Below are positions 41,329-52,509 of a stretch of 64,000 bases of DNA, piece by piece. The position numbers and the translations under genes were made by a program. Position 1 is the first letter of the stretch. Each line of letters opens with the position of its first letter. Origin of the DNA: Octopus sinensis (taxonomy: Eukaryota); NCBI RefSeq assembly GCF_006345805.1, contig NC_043011.1:62942464-63006463 (forward strand), given 5' to 3'. The notes beneath the pieces are model-generated. The model was not told where the DNA came from, made no database searches, and was given only the letters and a program-made list of their open reading frames with translations.

Positions 41329-41339
41329 TAATAATAAGT

Positions 41340-41700
41340 GTTTCCAATGCAGGTACAAAGTATGAAATTTAGGGACAGACACTTATAACTATCACCAACT
41401 CCAGAGCTTCACTTAATCATTATTATATCGATCTCAAAGCGAATAGCAGATAAAGTTGGGCACATCGGGATTTAAACTCAGTACATAAAGGCCCGGCAGA
41501 AATGCCGCTAAGCAGCTTTTCCAGAGCGTTAACAATTTAGCTACCTAGCCGCCCTTATGGTCCCTTCGATTGTGGGCACAAGGCCTAAAATTTGTGGGCG
41601 GGAGGATTTTGCAAGGCGGTAACATGAAATGAGCACTCAACTGGGAATTATTTTATCGATTCCGAAATGATGAAATGCAAAACTGAATTTGAAGAGTAAA
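41340..41700 (-). mobile_element. Two degraded family B SINE fragments
   Basis: Reverse-complement matches to ggcggctaggtagc...gcttagcggcatttc...gagtttaaatccc and tcgat motifs. Confidence 0.5.
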
Positions 41701-41743
41701 GACATACGAACGATTTTTGCCCTCGCTTCCCTTAAAATGATAG

Positions 41744-42139
41744 TTGTTACCTCCGTCAAGGAAGGAGTGTATGTTTTCATCGGTGTTGGTTTGTCCGTCT
41801 GTGTTCAAAATAACTCAAAATGTTATGAACGGTTTATGATGAAACTTGCAGGAGAAGTTGGTAATAACACAAAAACAGATGATGAGATTTTGTTAGAGAT
41901 CCAGGAATTTTATAGATTTTTGAAGGATTTTTCATTTGTTATATTTACTCTACATGAAGTATTACAATGTTACGTTCTTTGATTATCTCCCTTGAAAACA
42001 CGTTCATCGATACCACATAACCTATGGTGGCGTTGCTATTTCCAGAGTTTATTTTCGTTTCTCTATTAGAAATTTTACGCGCGTATCTATATTAAAATGA
42101 ACTTGGCGGAGGTCTGCGCTCTCCGAGTGCTTTTCTAGT
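41744..42139 (+). mobile_element. Non-autonomous Helentron-associated element (HINE/DINE-1-like)
   Basis: Asymmetric subterminal inverted repeats acctccgtcaag (41749-41760) / cttggcggaggt (42102-42113), 3' stem-loop gcgctc-tcc-gagtgc and terminal ttttctagt. Confidence 0.7.
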
Positions 42140-43172
42140 CATTAATTTTAATATTTCTTTCATTTTTCCTTTTTACTTTCATCGATGAATTGGCTTCTGG
42201 AAATCATGCAAATCCCAGCTGATTATATTTTTAATCCCCATTCATTGAAGCTAATTGAATGAAAAGGAATTTTTTTTCGGTAAGAATCGGCTTTTATTTC
42301 AATACAAGATGAATTTACACAAAATATTTTACAACATCTTTCGACTTATCTCTATTTCGAGTTCAACGTCATTGATGGGTTTTAATACTGCCTCATTTGT
42401 TCATCTTGATAACATATCTTGTATGCTATTTTGGATTTCCGCTTCAGAAATCTAAAACAGAGCGTAGAAAATATCTGCAATCTTAATATTATTTTTTTAT
42501 CTATTTCCACATAAACAAACACAGACCCAAACAACCAAATAAAGACACAAACAAAACGAAAAAACAAACAAAAGGCTACGCTTTTGTCCATGAAAATTAT
42601 AATTTTGTAATGCATTCAATCGTTTTATATGAATAGAAAGATATTAATTCTTAATACGATTTTGCATTTCAATGTTGATACAAAATCAAACATTGACAAC
42701 AAAACGAAATGTCTATTAATAGAAGTCGATCATAAAGGCTAAATGTTTTCTCAATAGAAGCTCATTATAGAAACAACTCCACATTTTTGCCATGGGAAAA
42801 TGCCTTCTATCATAGTATTGGTTTGGCGCAAGCTTTGTAAAAGAATTCGATTTGAGGTATGTTACAGGGATGCCACTCACTTGAACTGTACTTGATTAAT
42901 ATCACCAAATATAACAAGAAACTGGGAGCCAGGGTCTCACTAGACAATGTCGAATACCTTACGACCTCGTCTTCACGGATGCACGGAGAAGAATGAAGGT
43001 AAATTGTTGGTGAAATGTTTTTATGCCAATTTTGATTGTAGTAGAGAATCTTATGCAAATTATGAATAATTCTCTTCAATAATAAGGCACTAACATTCTG
43101 TACTAATTTACTTTGACTGTAGCACAATGTTAAGTAACCAAACCAATATACATTTTATACATACATATATAA

Positions 43173-43206
<34 letters not shown>

Positions 43207-43356
43207 CTATATATATATATAAGAAAATAGTAAAGTGTGAAAAAACGACAGAAGGCTCAAATGTTAAAAAATATATATATTTGTGTCAAAATGTCTGGAG
43301 AATATTGGAAAAATTTTTTTTCCTTTCCTTAAAATGACATAATTTTAAAATTTTTA

Positions 43357-43396
43357 AAGAAATTACCGGTTTCGCGTGTAGCTTTTCAAATTTCTT
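43357..43396 (-). ncRNA. Hammerhead-like motif with variant core UUGAAAA (left arm)
   Basis: aagaaat TTGAAAA gc-tacac-gc GAA a-ccgg-t A atttctt; 7-bp helix I and palindromic helix III. Confidence 0.55.
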
Positions 43397-43680
43397 GTGA
43401 CGTTATGTTTATATTGCATGGAGTTATCGTTGTTTTTATTTCCAGGAGATTTCTAAATAAGGGGAGGTAGTGAGTGATTTCTTCCGGTGTAGGGGAGATA
43501 ATCGCTTAAAAATTTTTTTTCCCCTTTTCCTTGTTAATTTCTCTGTGTCAGTATGTTCGGATGGTTGAGTCTGGGTTTGTACTTTTCAATGAAGAATGTT
43601 TTCTTGTTCAGTCTCATTTGTGTTGATGATCCGCCCGGGAAAGTAAAAGCAATGAAGATGCAACCCGTTACACTGACCAG

Positions 43681-44271
43681 GTGAGTAAGGATCTACAACT
43701 GTTATATACAACACTGAACTCAATTTTCATCAACAAATCCGAAAATAATACACAAGCACCTAATGAAACACAGCAGGACACCATACGCACCCAAACCAAC
43801 CCAACAAAAAGAAAAATAGGAAACGTTTGGAATACAAATCTGCACAACAGAAAACTCACCTTCTGGAACATGATAAAAAATTCCAACAAAGCAGATATCT
43901 ACGAGGGATGGATAAACTCAACACCAATTATCCTCCCACGCAAATTCCAGATAAAATTAATTCCTAACGAGCCTGGCGGACAGAGATCTATTAGAGAAAA
44001 GTCAGCTCTGTTCAATTTTAAATCAGAAATAGAGCTTCTAAGACTCAGGGCCTCCACAAATGAAGAAAAACTTAAAAGCATAGACGAGGAGATGCACAAT
44101 CTAATACTAAAACATACCGAGGGACAACCCCTCGATAATACATTGGATCACTGGAAGGATTCCTGTGAGAGAGAAGAGAGAAATTCTCTCCTACGCTGGG
44201 CGAAAAACATGGACTTCTTCCAAAAATATAGTGAAACCTTCAAAAATGAATTGGGTACAAATTGTATATAA
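43681..44271 (+). CDS. 196-aa ORF in the fold-back core, probably the N-terminal segment of a retroelement ORF (truncated)
   Basis: The only long non-repetitive ORF in the window. Charged, helical-looking composition (WNTNLHNRKLTFWN...IILPRKFQ...FKSEIELLRLR). The GTG start lies in the left arm and the stop in the right arm. Confidence 0.45.
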   Translation: MSKDLQLLYTTLNSIFINKSENNTQAPNETQQDTIRTQTNPTKRKIGNVWNTNLHNRKLTFWNMIKNSNKADIYEGWINSTPIILPRKFQIKLIPNEPGGQRSIREKSALFNFKSEIELLRLRASTNEEKLKSIDEEMHNLILKHTEGQPLDNTLDHWKDSCEREERNSLLRWAKNMDFFQKYSETFKNELGTNCI

Positions 44272-44575
44272 CAGTTGTAGATCCTTACTCACCTGGTCAG
44301 TGTAACGGGTTGCATCTTCATTGCTTTTACTTTCCCGGGCGGATCATCAACACAAATGAGACTGAACAAGGAAACATTCTTCATTGAAAAGTACAAACCC
44401 AGACTCAACCATCCGAACATACTGACACAGAGAAATTAACAAGGAAAAGGGGAAAAAATTTTTTAAGCGATTATCTCCCCTACACCGGAAGAAATCACTC
44501 ACTACCTCCCCTTATTTAGAAATCTCCTGGAAATAAAAACAACGATAACTCCATGCAATATAAACATAACGTCAC

Positions 44576-44615
44576 AAGAAATTTGAAAAGCTACACGCGA
44601 AACCGGTAATTTCTT
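44576..44615 (+). ncRNA. Hammerhead-like motif with variant core UUGAAAA (right arm)
   Basis: Identical to the left-arm copy; lies ~140 nt after the GIY-YIG-like stop at 44437-44439. Confidence 0.55.
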
Positions 44616-44792
44616 TAAAAATTTTAAAATTATGTCATTTTAAGGAAAGGAAAAAAAAATTTTCCAATATTCTCCAGACATTTTGACACAAATATATATA
44701 TTTTTTAACATTTGAGCCTTCTGTCGTTTTTTCACACTTTACTATTTTCTTATATATTCACCCACGTGCTTTACCAAACAAACTTTCTTATC

Positions 44793-44849
<57 letters not shown>

Positions 44850-44854
<5 letters not shown>

Positions 44855-44981
44855 ATATTTCGGAATGGTCATATCGCCAGTTTAGCAAATAAAAACACAC
44901 GCACTATATATTTGGTGTTATTTTGCTTCAGTGTTATTTATTGGCTAAACTGGCAATATGACCATTCCGAATTATAACAAT
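44850..44981. repeat. ~44-bp inverted repeat element after (TA)n (MITE-like or PLE remnant)
   Basis: ttgttatatttcggaatggtcatatcgccagtttagcaaataaa / tttattggctaaactggcaatatgaccattccgaaattataacaa. Confidence 0.75.
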
Positions 44982-45489
44982 ATCTGATTCAAACGCGACT
45001 TCACGTAAAAAATCTTGCACAACAAATATATATATATATGTATATATATATATACATATCTACATATATATATATATGTACGTATGTACATATACATATA
45101 TACACATTGTGTATATATATATATACATACATTGTATATATATATTATATATATTACTTGTTTCCGTGTCTTGAGTTAGCTCGGATAATTTTATCTTTCA
45201 TTGATGATATTCAAGCAGATATTAAGTAGACCTCTCCCGTTACTCTCTCCAGAGATCGATACATTAAGTTCAACAGACAAATCGATGAGATATCTTCTGT
45301 GATATCGATTGATCTGCTAATGTTCGGAGATAAAGCTCACGTAAATCTTACAATATCATATTTTAACATCTTTTGATATTGTAAACATTGAGCAACATTT
45401 TTCCCCATTTTATACAGTGTGCGTTATAAGAGATGCTGAATTTGCTTCTGTTTGTCATTATTTTTTTAATCGTTATATTTTAATTAGTT

Positions 45490-45700
45490 GAAACATTTAA
45501 ACTGTGGCCATGCTGGAACATTAACTGGAAAATGTTTAGTCGAATGCATCAACCACAGTCCTGATATTTGTTTTAAACCATGCACTTGTTCTGTAGAAAT
45601 TTCACTGAGCTATTATGTAAAATGAACATAAAAACCGCAACATCGGTTTCGGAGTGGTGATGGTGGTGAGGACAAACACAGATGCAAACGCAAGCTCACA
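45490..45700 (-). mobile_element. Degraded SINE family A 3' half
   Basis: actgtggccatgctggaaca...tttagtcga...catcggtt...ggacaaacacaga. Confidence 0.5.
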
Positions 45701-45887
45701 CACTCACATATAGCTATGCATACATACATGTGTGTGTGTGTAGTCGTGGATGTATACTGCTTTTGTCTCGACCAGAGATTTTCTAACGGACTAGTTTCCT
45801 GGTTACAAAATCACTGTTTGTATGGTACTGTGTCTTCTATATATTGCAACCAAGGTTATACTACTGCCATGCCTGCTAAACAAGATC

Positions 45888-45934
45888 CTATTACTGAAGA
45901 GATCCAATGAGATCGAAATCACGTGGTCTGGTAG
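45888..45934 (+). ncRNA. Type I hammerhead ribozyme motif, canonical GUC
   Basis: ctatta CTGAAGA gatc-caatga-gatc GAAA tcacgtgg TC tggtag; helix I 6 bp (2 GU), palindromic helix III (cacgtg). Confidence 0.85.
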
Positions 45935-46018
45935 TCTCGAATTTTGTGTGGCAGGATTTATCGCCTGTTTCCAATAAAGGCATACATACATACAAACACA
46001 CACGCACGCACACACACA

Positions 46019-46125
<107 letters not shown>

Positions 46126-46252
46126 CGGAAAGCGTACTGAATAAATCAGCTGTAGCAGATGTCTCCCGGGGTTAGAACCGCAGAATCGTCGCCCCTATAT
46201 GAACACTTACGTTGAAGTGGCGTTAACCACTACCTATACATACATACATACA

Positions 46253-46288
<36 letters not shown>

Positions 46289-46333
46289 TATATGTATATA
46301 TATAGATATGTATATATATATATATATATATTA

Positions 46334-46390
<57 letters not shown>

Positions 46391-47300
46391 AAGTGAATAG
46401 GTATTCGGTTCAGATCTGAAAGTCTTGTATTCGATACCTGCAGTTGCATCCTTCGAAAAATACTTTATTTCATTTACTGCAGTCCACTGAGCTGTCAAAA
46501 CTGAGCAGTACCTGTATTTAAATGGACCAGTCATTTCAACTTTTGTCATGTGGAATATTCATGAGAACAAAGTTAAGGGTATGTGTTTCTGTGACGTGCT
46601 CAGCAGTTTGCAGGTCAATTGCACAAGCAAACGGTTCCGTTGATTGGGTTAACTGAAATACTTGTTGTCGAAAACGTCAGAGTACCAAGTCTTCAGCAGC
46701 AACAGAACGGTTATAGGAAAGCGATATACCGTGCTCTTTTTTTTATCTATCCTCAAAGACCTTTAATAGAAGGAAAATAATAAATAATGTTAGAAATGCA
46801 ACCCAGCCACTGGGAGATTATCAGTCTTTTACGCAAATATACTGTCTTTTCATTTCACTGAGAAACATTTGTCATCTAACATCACAAGCAAAAGAAATAC
46901 CTTAATATCTCTGAAAGAAATAATAATATATAATTTGAAACATTTCTCCTCTCCATGCTGCATGTCATAAGCGAATGGTTCTCAGAATACGTGAGCTTAT
47001 CATACGTATATATATATATATATATATATTTAAGTAATGAGGGAGATAAATTAATATTGATTTTAATATCAATTTAAAACCAGTAGTCCAGTATTCAAAA
47101 AATCTGAGAAGTCAGAGAAAATTCTAATATACGTGTATATAGGCAGGGCTGGCCTGCTAGGTAGCCGGCCGAATGCTAGAAAGAGATCATCAACGATCAA
47201 ACCACAAGGGAAATTCACTAGAGGAAGAATTCAGCGAACACCAGAACCAAATTTGGCGGGCAAATTTAAATAAAAAATTTAAATAAAAAACAGACTTAAT

Positions 47301-47375
47301 TGCATACCTCGGTTTCGGTCTTTAACAAAATAATTACTTACATAATTCAAATGTCCGTGACTTCATCAGTACATT
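47301..47375 (-). ncRNA. Inverted partner hammerhead motif
   Basis: Minus strand: aatgta CTGATGA agtc...gacc GAAA ccgagg TA tgca; better helix II (gtc/gac), shorter helix I. Confidence 0.65.
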
Positions 47376-47429
47376 CGCTCATCGAGATGCAAACTGGGGT
47401 TAGTTTTTCAGTCTGCATCTCGATGACCG

Positions 47430-47506
47430 AATGTACTGATGAATTCACGGACATTTGAATTATGTAAGTAATTCTTTTGTTAAAGACCGAAACCGAGGTA
47501 TGCATT
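47430..47506 (+). ncRNA. Type I hammerhead motif with long helix II
   Basis: aatgta CTGATGA ...aatta-tgtaag-taatt...gacc GAAA cc-ga-gg TA tgcatt; core intact, base of helix II mismatched. Confidence 0.7.
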
Positions 47507-47715
47507 TAAGTCTGTTTTTTATTTAAATTTTCATATGTCCTGCCCGCCGAATTTGGTTCTGGTGTTCGCTGAATTCTTCCTCTAGAGAATTTCCCTTGTA
47601 GTTTGATCGTTGATGATCTCTTTCTAGCATTCGGCCGGCTACCTAGCAGGCCAGCCCTGCCTATATACACACACACACACACACACATATATATATTTAT
47701 ATTCGTATATAAGTA

Positions 47716-47950
47716 GTAAATAACAACCGGAACTGCTGAGGAATTTATAGCTAACACCTTGTTACCTGCATTTAACTCGGACTGCTCGACTGCTCGAAAT
47801 CTCCCGTAACGTTCCTTCCTGATCCTCTCTTTCACGGCTGCATTTTGAACGTACAGCTCGCATTTATTCCGAGATGTTGGTACATTTGTTTCTTCTCGAT
47901 TTCTTTTATGACTGTGTCAAATTCCAACACCACTGATTGTGGGCCTTCAA
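47716..47950 (-). mobile_element. RLE-type LINE internal RT fragment next to (ATT)n
   Basis: IKEIEKKQMYQHLGIN (YKYLG-like)...KERIRKE...QSELNAGNKVLAINSSAVPVVIY. Confidence 0.7.
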
Positions 47951-47957
47951 TTCACCA

Positions 47958-48026
<69 letters not shown>

Positions 48027-49734
48027 CAGAAATACTATATTATTATTATTCGTGATACTCCTCTAAGTTTTAGTTAAATTTGTTTTTTATATATTCAAAT
48101 AAGTTTCGATCTTCTATGTACAAATTATTCATTATGTATGGAAGACACTCCTGGCAATTAGAAAAGAAAATAACATCATCGTCGTCATCATCATCATCGT
48201 TATCGTCGTTGTCATCATCATCATCATCATCATCAACGACAGCAGGAACAGTATTTCCCGCTTTTTATTTGTATTGACTTGCCTATAGCAACATGAAACG
48301 AAAAAACTGAAAATAATTTCGCTGCTTGAGATGAGCGAATCTGTCCCGTTTAGTGTAGAAATATCAACAAAATACAAAATTAATATAGAATACACGCAGT
48401 ATTTATTTTTTTTTGAAAGCTGAATCAATAAACTTTGAACGTATTTTTGTAACTTGAAAGTTTGGTATTTGCATAGTTAATTCAGTTTGAATATTTAATC
48501 TAAAGAGTCTCTCATAAACATTTAAATCGTTCTTTGCAAAGAAATACTATCTCTGGTTGCTGTTTTTTATCACTAAATTATTGCCAATATTTTCATTTCT
48601 GTTTTCCTTATTGTTTTTTCACCTATCTGAATTTTCTCGTACGTATTCTATTTCATAGCTATAGAAATTGAGATTTATAGTAAAGCAAAAAATAAATAAA
48701 TAAAGGGGAAATTAGATTATATTAAAATACAGCATGCTGGTGAATAACTCATACTAGTTAAACTATTCAGGAAATTGCGATGGAAATGTTTAATAAAGCC
48801 GAAAGGAGATACATGCAAACCAATACGATTTTAAGTGACCACCACTGCATGCAACCTGATGTGATAGGCGTGATTGTTAATATAGTTTACGATGAACATT
48901 CCAGAAGAACAAATTGCCCGTCTGCCTCAGTTTTAATGGTTTTGTTGTTGTTGTTGTTGTTGTTCCATTCTACTTCTAATTCCGTTCGACTCTTTTTCCC
49001 TCGCATTTAACCTTCTGAGATCAGATAAAAACATCTGATACGACGGGATGTATTATTTGTTGCACGTAATCACTGTAAAGGAAATTCATACCAAAACGAT
49101 ACCTTCATAATCACAAATGGCACATTTCCATTCACTTACATAAAACACATTTCGTCCAAACATGAAAGCAACGATGACATTTTTTGTGGATTTATGCTGG
49201 AATTATTGGTGTTTTTTGTTTTGTTTTACTGAAACCTGAGAACAATGTTTAGTTTGAAGCATAACTACGCTTCCATATATTGATTTGGTGTTGAGTCAAC
49301 ATTTCATACAATGTATGCATTATACGTTTTAAACAAAGAGCTCAAGTTGCAATGTATGTGCATTTAGAAATTCCCAGACATTAATAACGAATATCTCTAT
49401 AACAGCACAGCCTGTAAATTCTCATATTCCCATGGTTTATCAATTACATCTTGGATTACTTCGTGATCAGAAAGAATTAATATATAAACAGCAGAGTGAT
49501 TTCTACAAAGCCGAAGCTTTAATCAGAATGGCTGCGAATATTTCCTTAATATCTATAGTTACATTTCATAGAAGTAGTTAACTGTTGCACTTTCGAAGAA
49601 CATTTATTACATTGTCTAGGAAAGAACTGATATACAAACACGAAAGTTACAAGTAAATACTTCGAATTTCCTATTCGGACGTTCTAATTTCAGTTCGTCA
49701 CACTGAATTAGTCGCCATAATATTAGTATTAGGT

Positions 49735-49960
49735 GTGGTAAGGCAGCGATCTGGCAGAAACGTTTGCACGCCGGGCGAAATTCTTAGCATATTTCGTAGG
49801 TTTTATGTTCGGAGTTCAAATTCCGCCGAAGTCTACTTTGCCTTTCATCTTTTCGGGGTCGATGAATTAAATATCAGTTTCGTATTGGGTCGATCTAATC
49901 GACTGGCCCACTCCCCACAAAATTTCGAACCTTGTGTCAAGAGTAGGAAAGTAATATTAT
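49735..49960 (+). mobile_element. tRNA-derived SINE (family B)
   Basis: ggcagcgatctggcagaaacg...cacgccgggcgaaa...ggagttcaaattccgccgaagtc...ttcggggtcgatgaattaa. Confidence 0.8.
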
Positions 49961-50224
49961 TAGCTGAAGTGGTGTTATGGTGGTAGCAATCGTAGTTGCA
50001 CTACTAATAGGGAACCTATTTTTATGTCGTACACTAAACGCGTTATAGACTGCAACTCTGTGTCGTTTGGGTTTTTACAAGACTCATTTTACTTCTGTTC
50101 TTTCTTGTGCATTGCTCTGTGTGTGCACCCCCACCCCGCATATACATATGTGTGTGTGTGTGGGGGTGTATGTGTGTGTGTGTGTGTGTGTGTGGCTGTG
50201 TGTGTGTGTCTGTGTAAAGTAACA

Positions 50225-50290
50225 GTTTAGAAAAAAAAGCATTGGTTTCATATCTAGCGCGAACCAGATATATCTTCAGTTCATCTAAAC
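50225..50290 (-). ncRNA. Degenerate hammerhead-like motif
   Basis: gtttagatgaa CTGAAGA t atatctgg-ttcgcg-ctagatat GAAA ccaatgc TT tttttt ctaaac; 8-bp helix II and long helix I, helix III damaged. Confidence 0.4.
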
Positions 50291-50449
50291 GATAAATGTT
50301 TTCTGCAAAGAAAGTTTTTTGTAAAACCCAAGATCACCGGTGATAGTTCAAGAAATATTCCTCTTAAAAATATGGCCGAGCGAGTTGTTTTCTTCGATTG
50401 ATATTTTATAGGGTATGCTCTTCTCTTGATTTGTGATCTTATTGCGAGG

Positions 50450-50522
<73 letters not shown>

Positions 50523-50537
50523 TTATTTTATAGAAGG

Positions 50538-50588
50538 AGCTTCTACAGGACTAGAACTGTTTCATTCAAAAGAAATCATCAGGAAGCT
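50538..50588 (-). ncRNA. Type I hammerhead motif, intact core
   Basis: agcttc CTGATGA tttc-tttt-gaat GAAA cag-ttctagtc-ctg TA gaagct; 6-bp helix I, true hairpin helix III, U-U mismatch at the base of helix II. Confidence 0.75.
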
Positions 50589-50977
50589 AGGTGACAAGAA
50601 TAGTTTTGGCATTTATAAATTCAGGGAGGTTTAAAGGGGTGGTGGTGGGGGACTTTTGGGGTAGGCATGACGCAAACTATCATTCTTAGGGGAGTGGTCA
50701 AAGGAATCAGTGATAAAGTAGATAAAAGAATAAATAGAATAATAGAGTTTTAGGTAAAAGGGCAATAAATGGTTTCTTTAGGCCAGTTAGGCTAGCTCCC
50801 TCGGGAGGACCTTACTTCAGTGCCGGACTGGTTGGTCGAGGTCAAAATAAAAATAAAAATAAAAATAAAAATAAGATTAAAATAAGCGAAGAAATGTGTG
50901 TGTATGTGTGTGCGTGTATATGCATATGTGTGTGTATGTATATATGTATGTATGTATATTATATATATATATGGTGT

Positions 50978-51010
<33 letters not shown>

Positions 51011-51223
51011 GATATGTGAGCGTGTGTGTATGGGGGTTTATATCCTCTTTTATATTTATTTTTATATATATGTGTGTAGATATATGTGTGTATGTATGAG
51101 TATGGGTATGGGTGTGTACGTAGATGTATGTAAATGCGTGCATATGTACATGTGTATATGGATGTATGTGTGTATGTGTATGTATATATGTATATGTGTA
51201 TATATATATATAATGTATATATG

Positions 51224-51268
<45 letters not shown>

Positions 51269-51460
51269 GTATAAGTGAGAGTCTCCTTATTTACCTAAAA
51301 CTCTATTATTCTATTTATTCTTTTATCTACTTTATCACTGATTCCTTTGACCACTCCCCTAAGAATGATTGTTTGCGCCATGCCTACCCCAAAAAGTCCC
51401 CCAGCACCATCCCTTTAAACCTGCCTAAATGTATAAATGCCAAAACTATTCTTGTCACCT

Positions 51461-51511
51461 AGCTTCCTGGTGATTTCTTTTGAATGAAACAGTTCTAGTC
51501 CTGTAGAAGTT
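51461..51511 (+). ncRNA. Inverted partner hammerhead with CTGGTGA core
   Basis: Same fold, A6->G in the catalytic core. Confidence 0.6.
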
Positions 51512-52509
51512 CCTTCTATAAAATAAATTAATTTACTCTGCTATGTATTGAGTACCTTATTTACTGTGGTTAACCCCGACTCAACCCGGGACCTACAATA
51601 TATATATATATATATATAATATACACGACACTCAGTAGTGTTATAGTAAGCATGTTCGCCCCTTTGCGAATCCTATCGCGTTCGTTATGCGTGTGTGGTC
51701 ATGTTTTGTACTTTTACTAAAGCACTTTTAGATATAACGATTGTTTCTGATTTCAATTCTGTTCTTACAGACAAATTCGTATTATTAGGGCAGTGGTTTA
51801 GCAGTAAATTTAGCTGCGTTGATACATTTCTTTCAGTCATTCCCGATGAGTTGAAATTCATGATAAAATAAGTAGCAGCCATTAGGCAATGACATGGGCC
51901 ATAAAGTAGGCTAAACACTTCGGATGAAATTGTGTCTATATTCTAAATTACTGTATCAATGCTCTAAACTTAAATCCACCCCCTGCACAATCACCTCTAT
52001 GTTAAACCACTTCATGTGAAAACCATTGTTTCGTTGTAATAATTATTAACTCTTTTACATTGTTACTTAAACGTTCATCCCTGTGATAACTTAAAGGAAC
52101 GATGTTACCTTTAGCTCCTTTTGTAATGTGGCTTCAGCAGCAAAAATACTTTTTCGTAGGTTGACGTTTTCAAAAAACGTTGTGTTCCTGGTGGCAATTT
52201 CCTACAAACTATTTGAGTAGATAAATAGTAATTTTATGACAATATTTCGTCTTCCATATTCAATAACGAGGAGAAATTGCTACAAAATATTTTACTTCTT
52301 CATGTTATGAACATGATCATCTTACTTATGGTTAGGAGGCTTCATGTGTTTTGAAATTTGATTTCCTGAGACACGTAGCTATGACAAGTTTATTTATTCT
52401 CCCACAGATACTCCCAGTGGCGTCAGTTTAGAATACGAGGAGCGAATATTCAGTTAGTCAGGCTTTTAACTGACGGTTTCGGACTCGTTCGAAATAACAT
52501 CACTAGACT

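Larger units (their letters stand above)
43215..44757 (+). mobile_element. Penelope-like fold-back element: ~497-bp inverted arms (43215-43711, 44262-44757) around a 550-bp core
   Basis: Arms are near-identical reverse complements. The right arm encodes RLNKETFFIEKYKPRLN (GIY-YIG C-terminal RxxxExxxIxxxxPxLN) followed by a hammerhead-like motif. Flanked by (TA)n. Confidence 0.8.
47133..47670. repeat. ~538-bp palindrome (arms 47133-47396 and 47409-47670), each arm carrying a hammerhead motif
   Basis: gtgtatataggcagggctggcctgctagg... / ...cctagcaggccagccctgcctatatacac; arms highly similar with a few substitutions and one short replaced segment. Confidence 0.9.
50521..51528. repeat. ~238-bp inverted repeats (50521-50758, 51290-51528) with a hammerhead in each, separated by unique and TA/TG microsatellite sequence
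   Basis: Arms read as reverse complements with scattered substitutions; the left arm abuts (TA)n at 50454-50517. Confidence 0.85.

Noticed and set aside
42810-43010. Possible + strand exons (YWFGASFVKEFDL|gtatgt; GLTRQCRIPYDLVFTDARRRMK|gtaaat)
   Set aside because: Weak acceptors, short, no recognisable homology; RNA-seq or BLASTx is needed.
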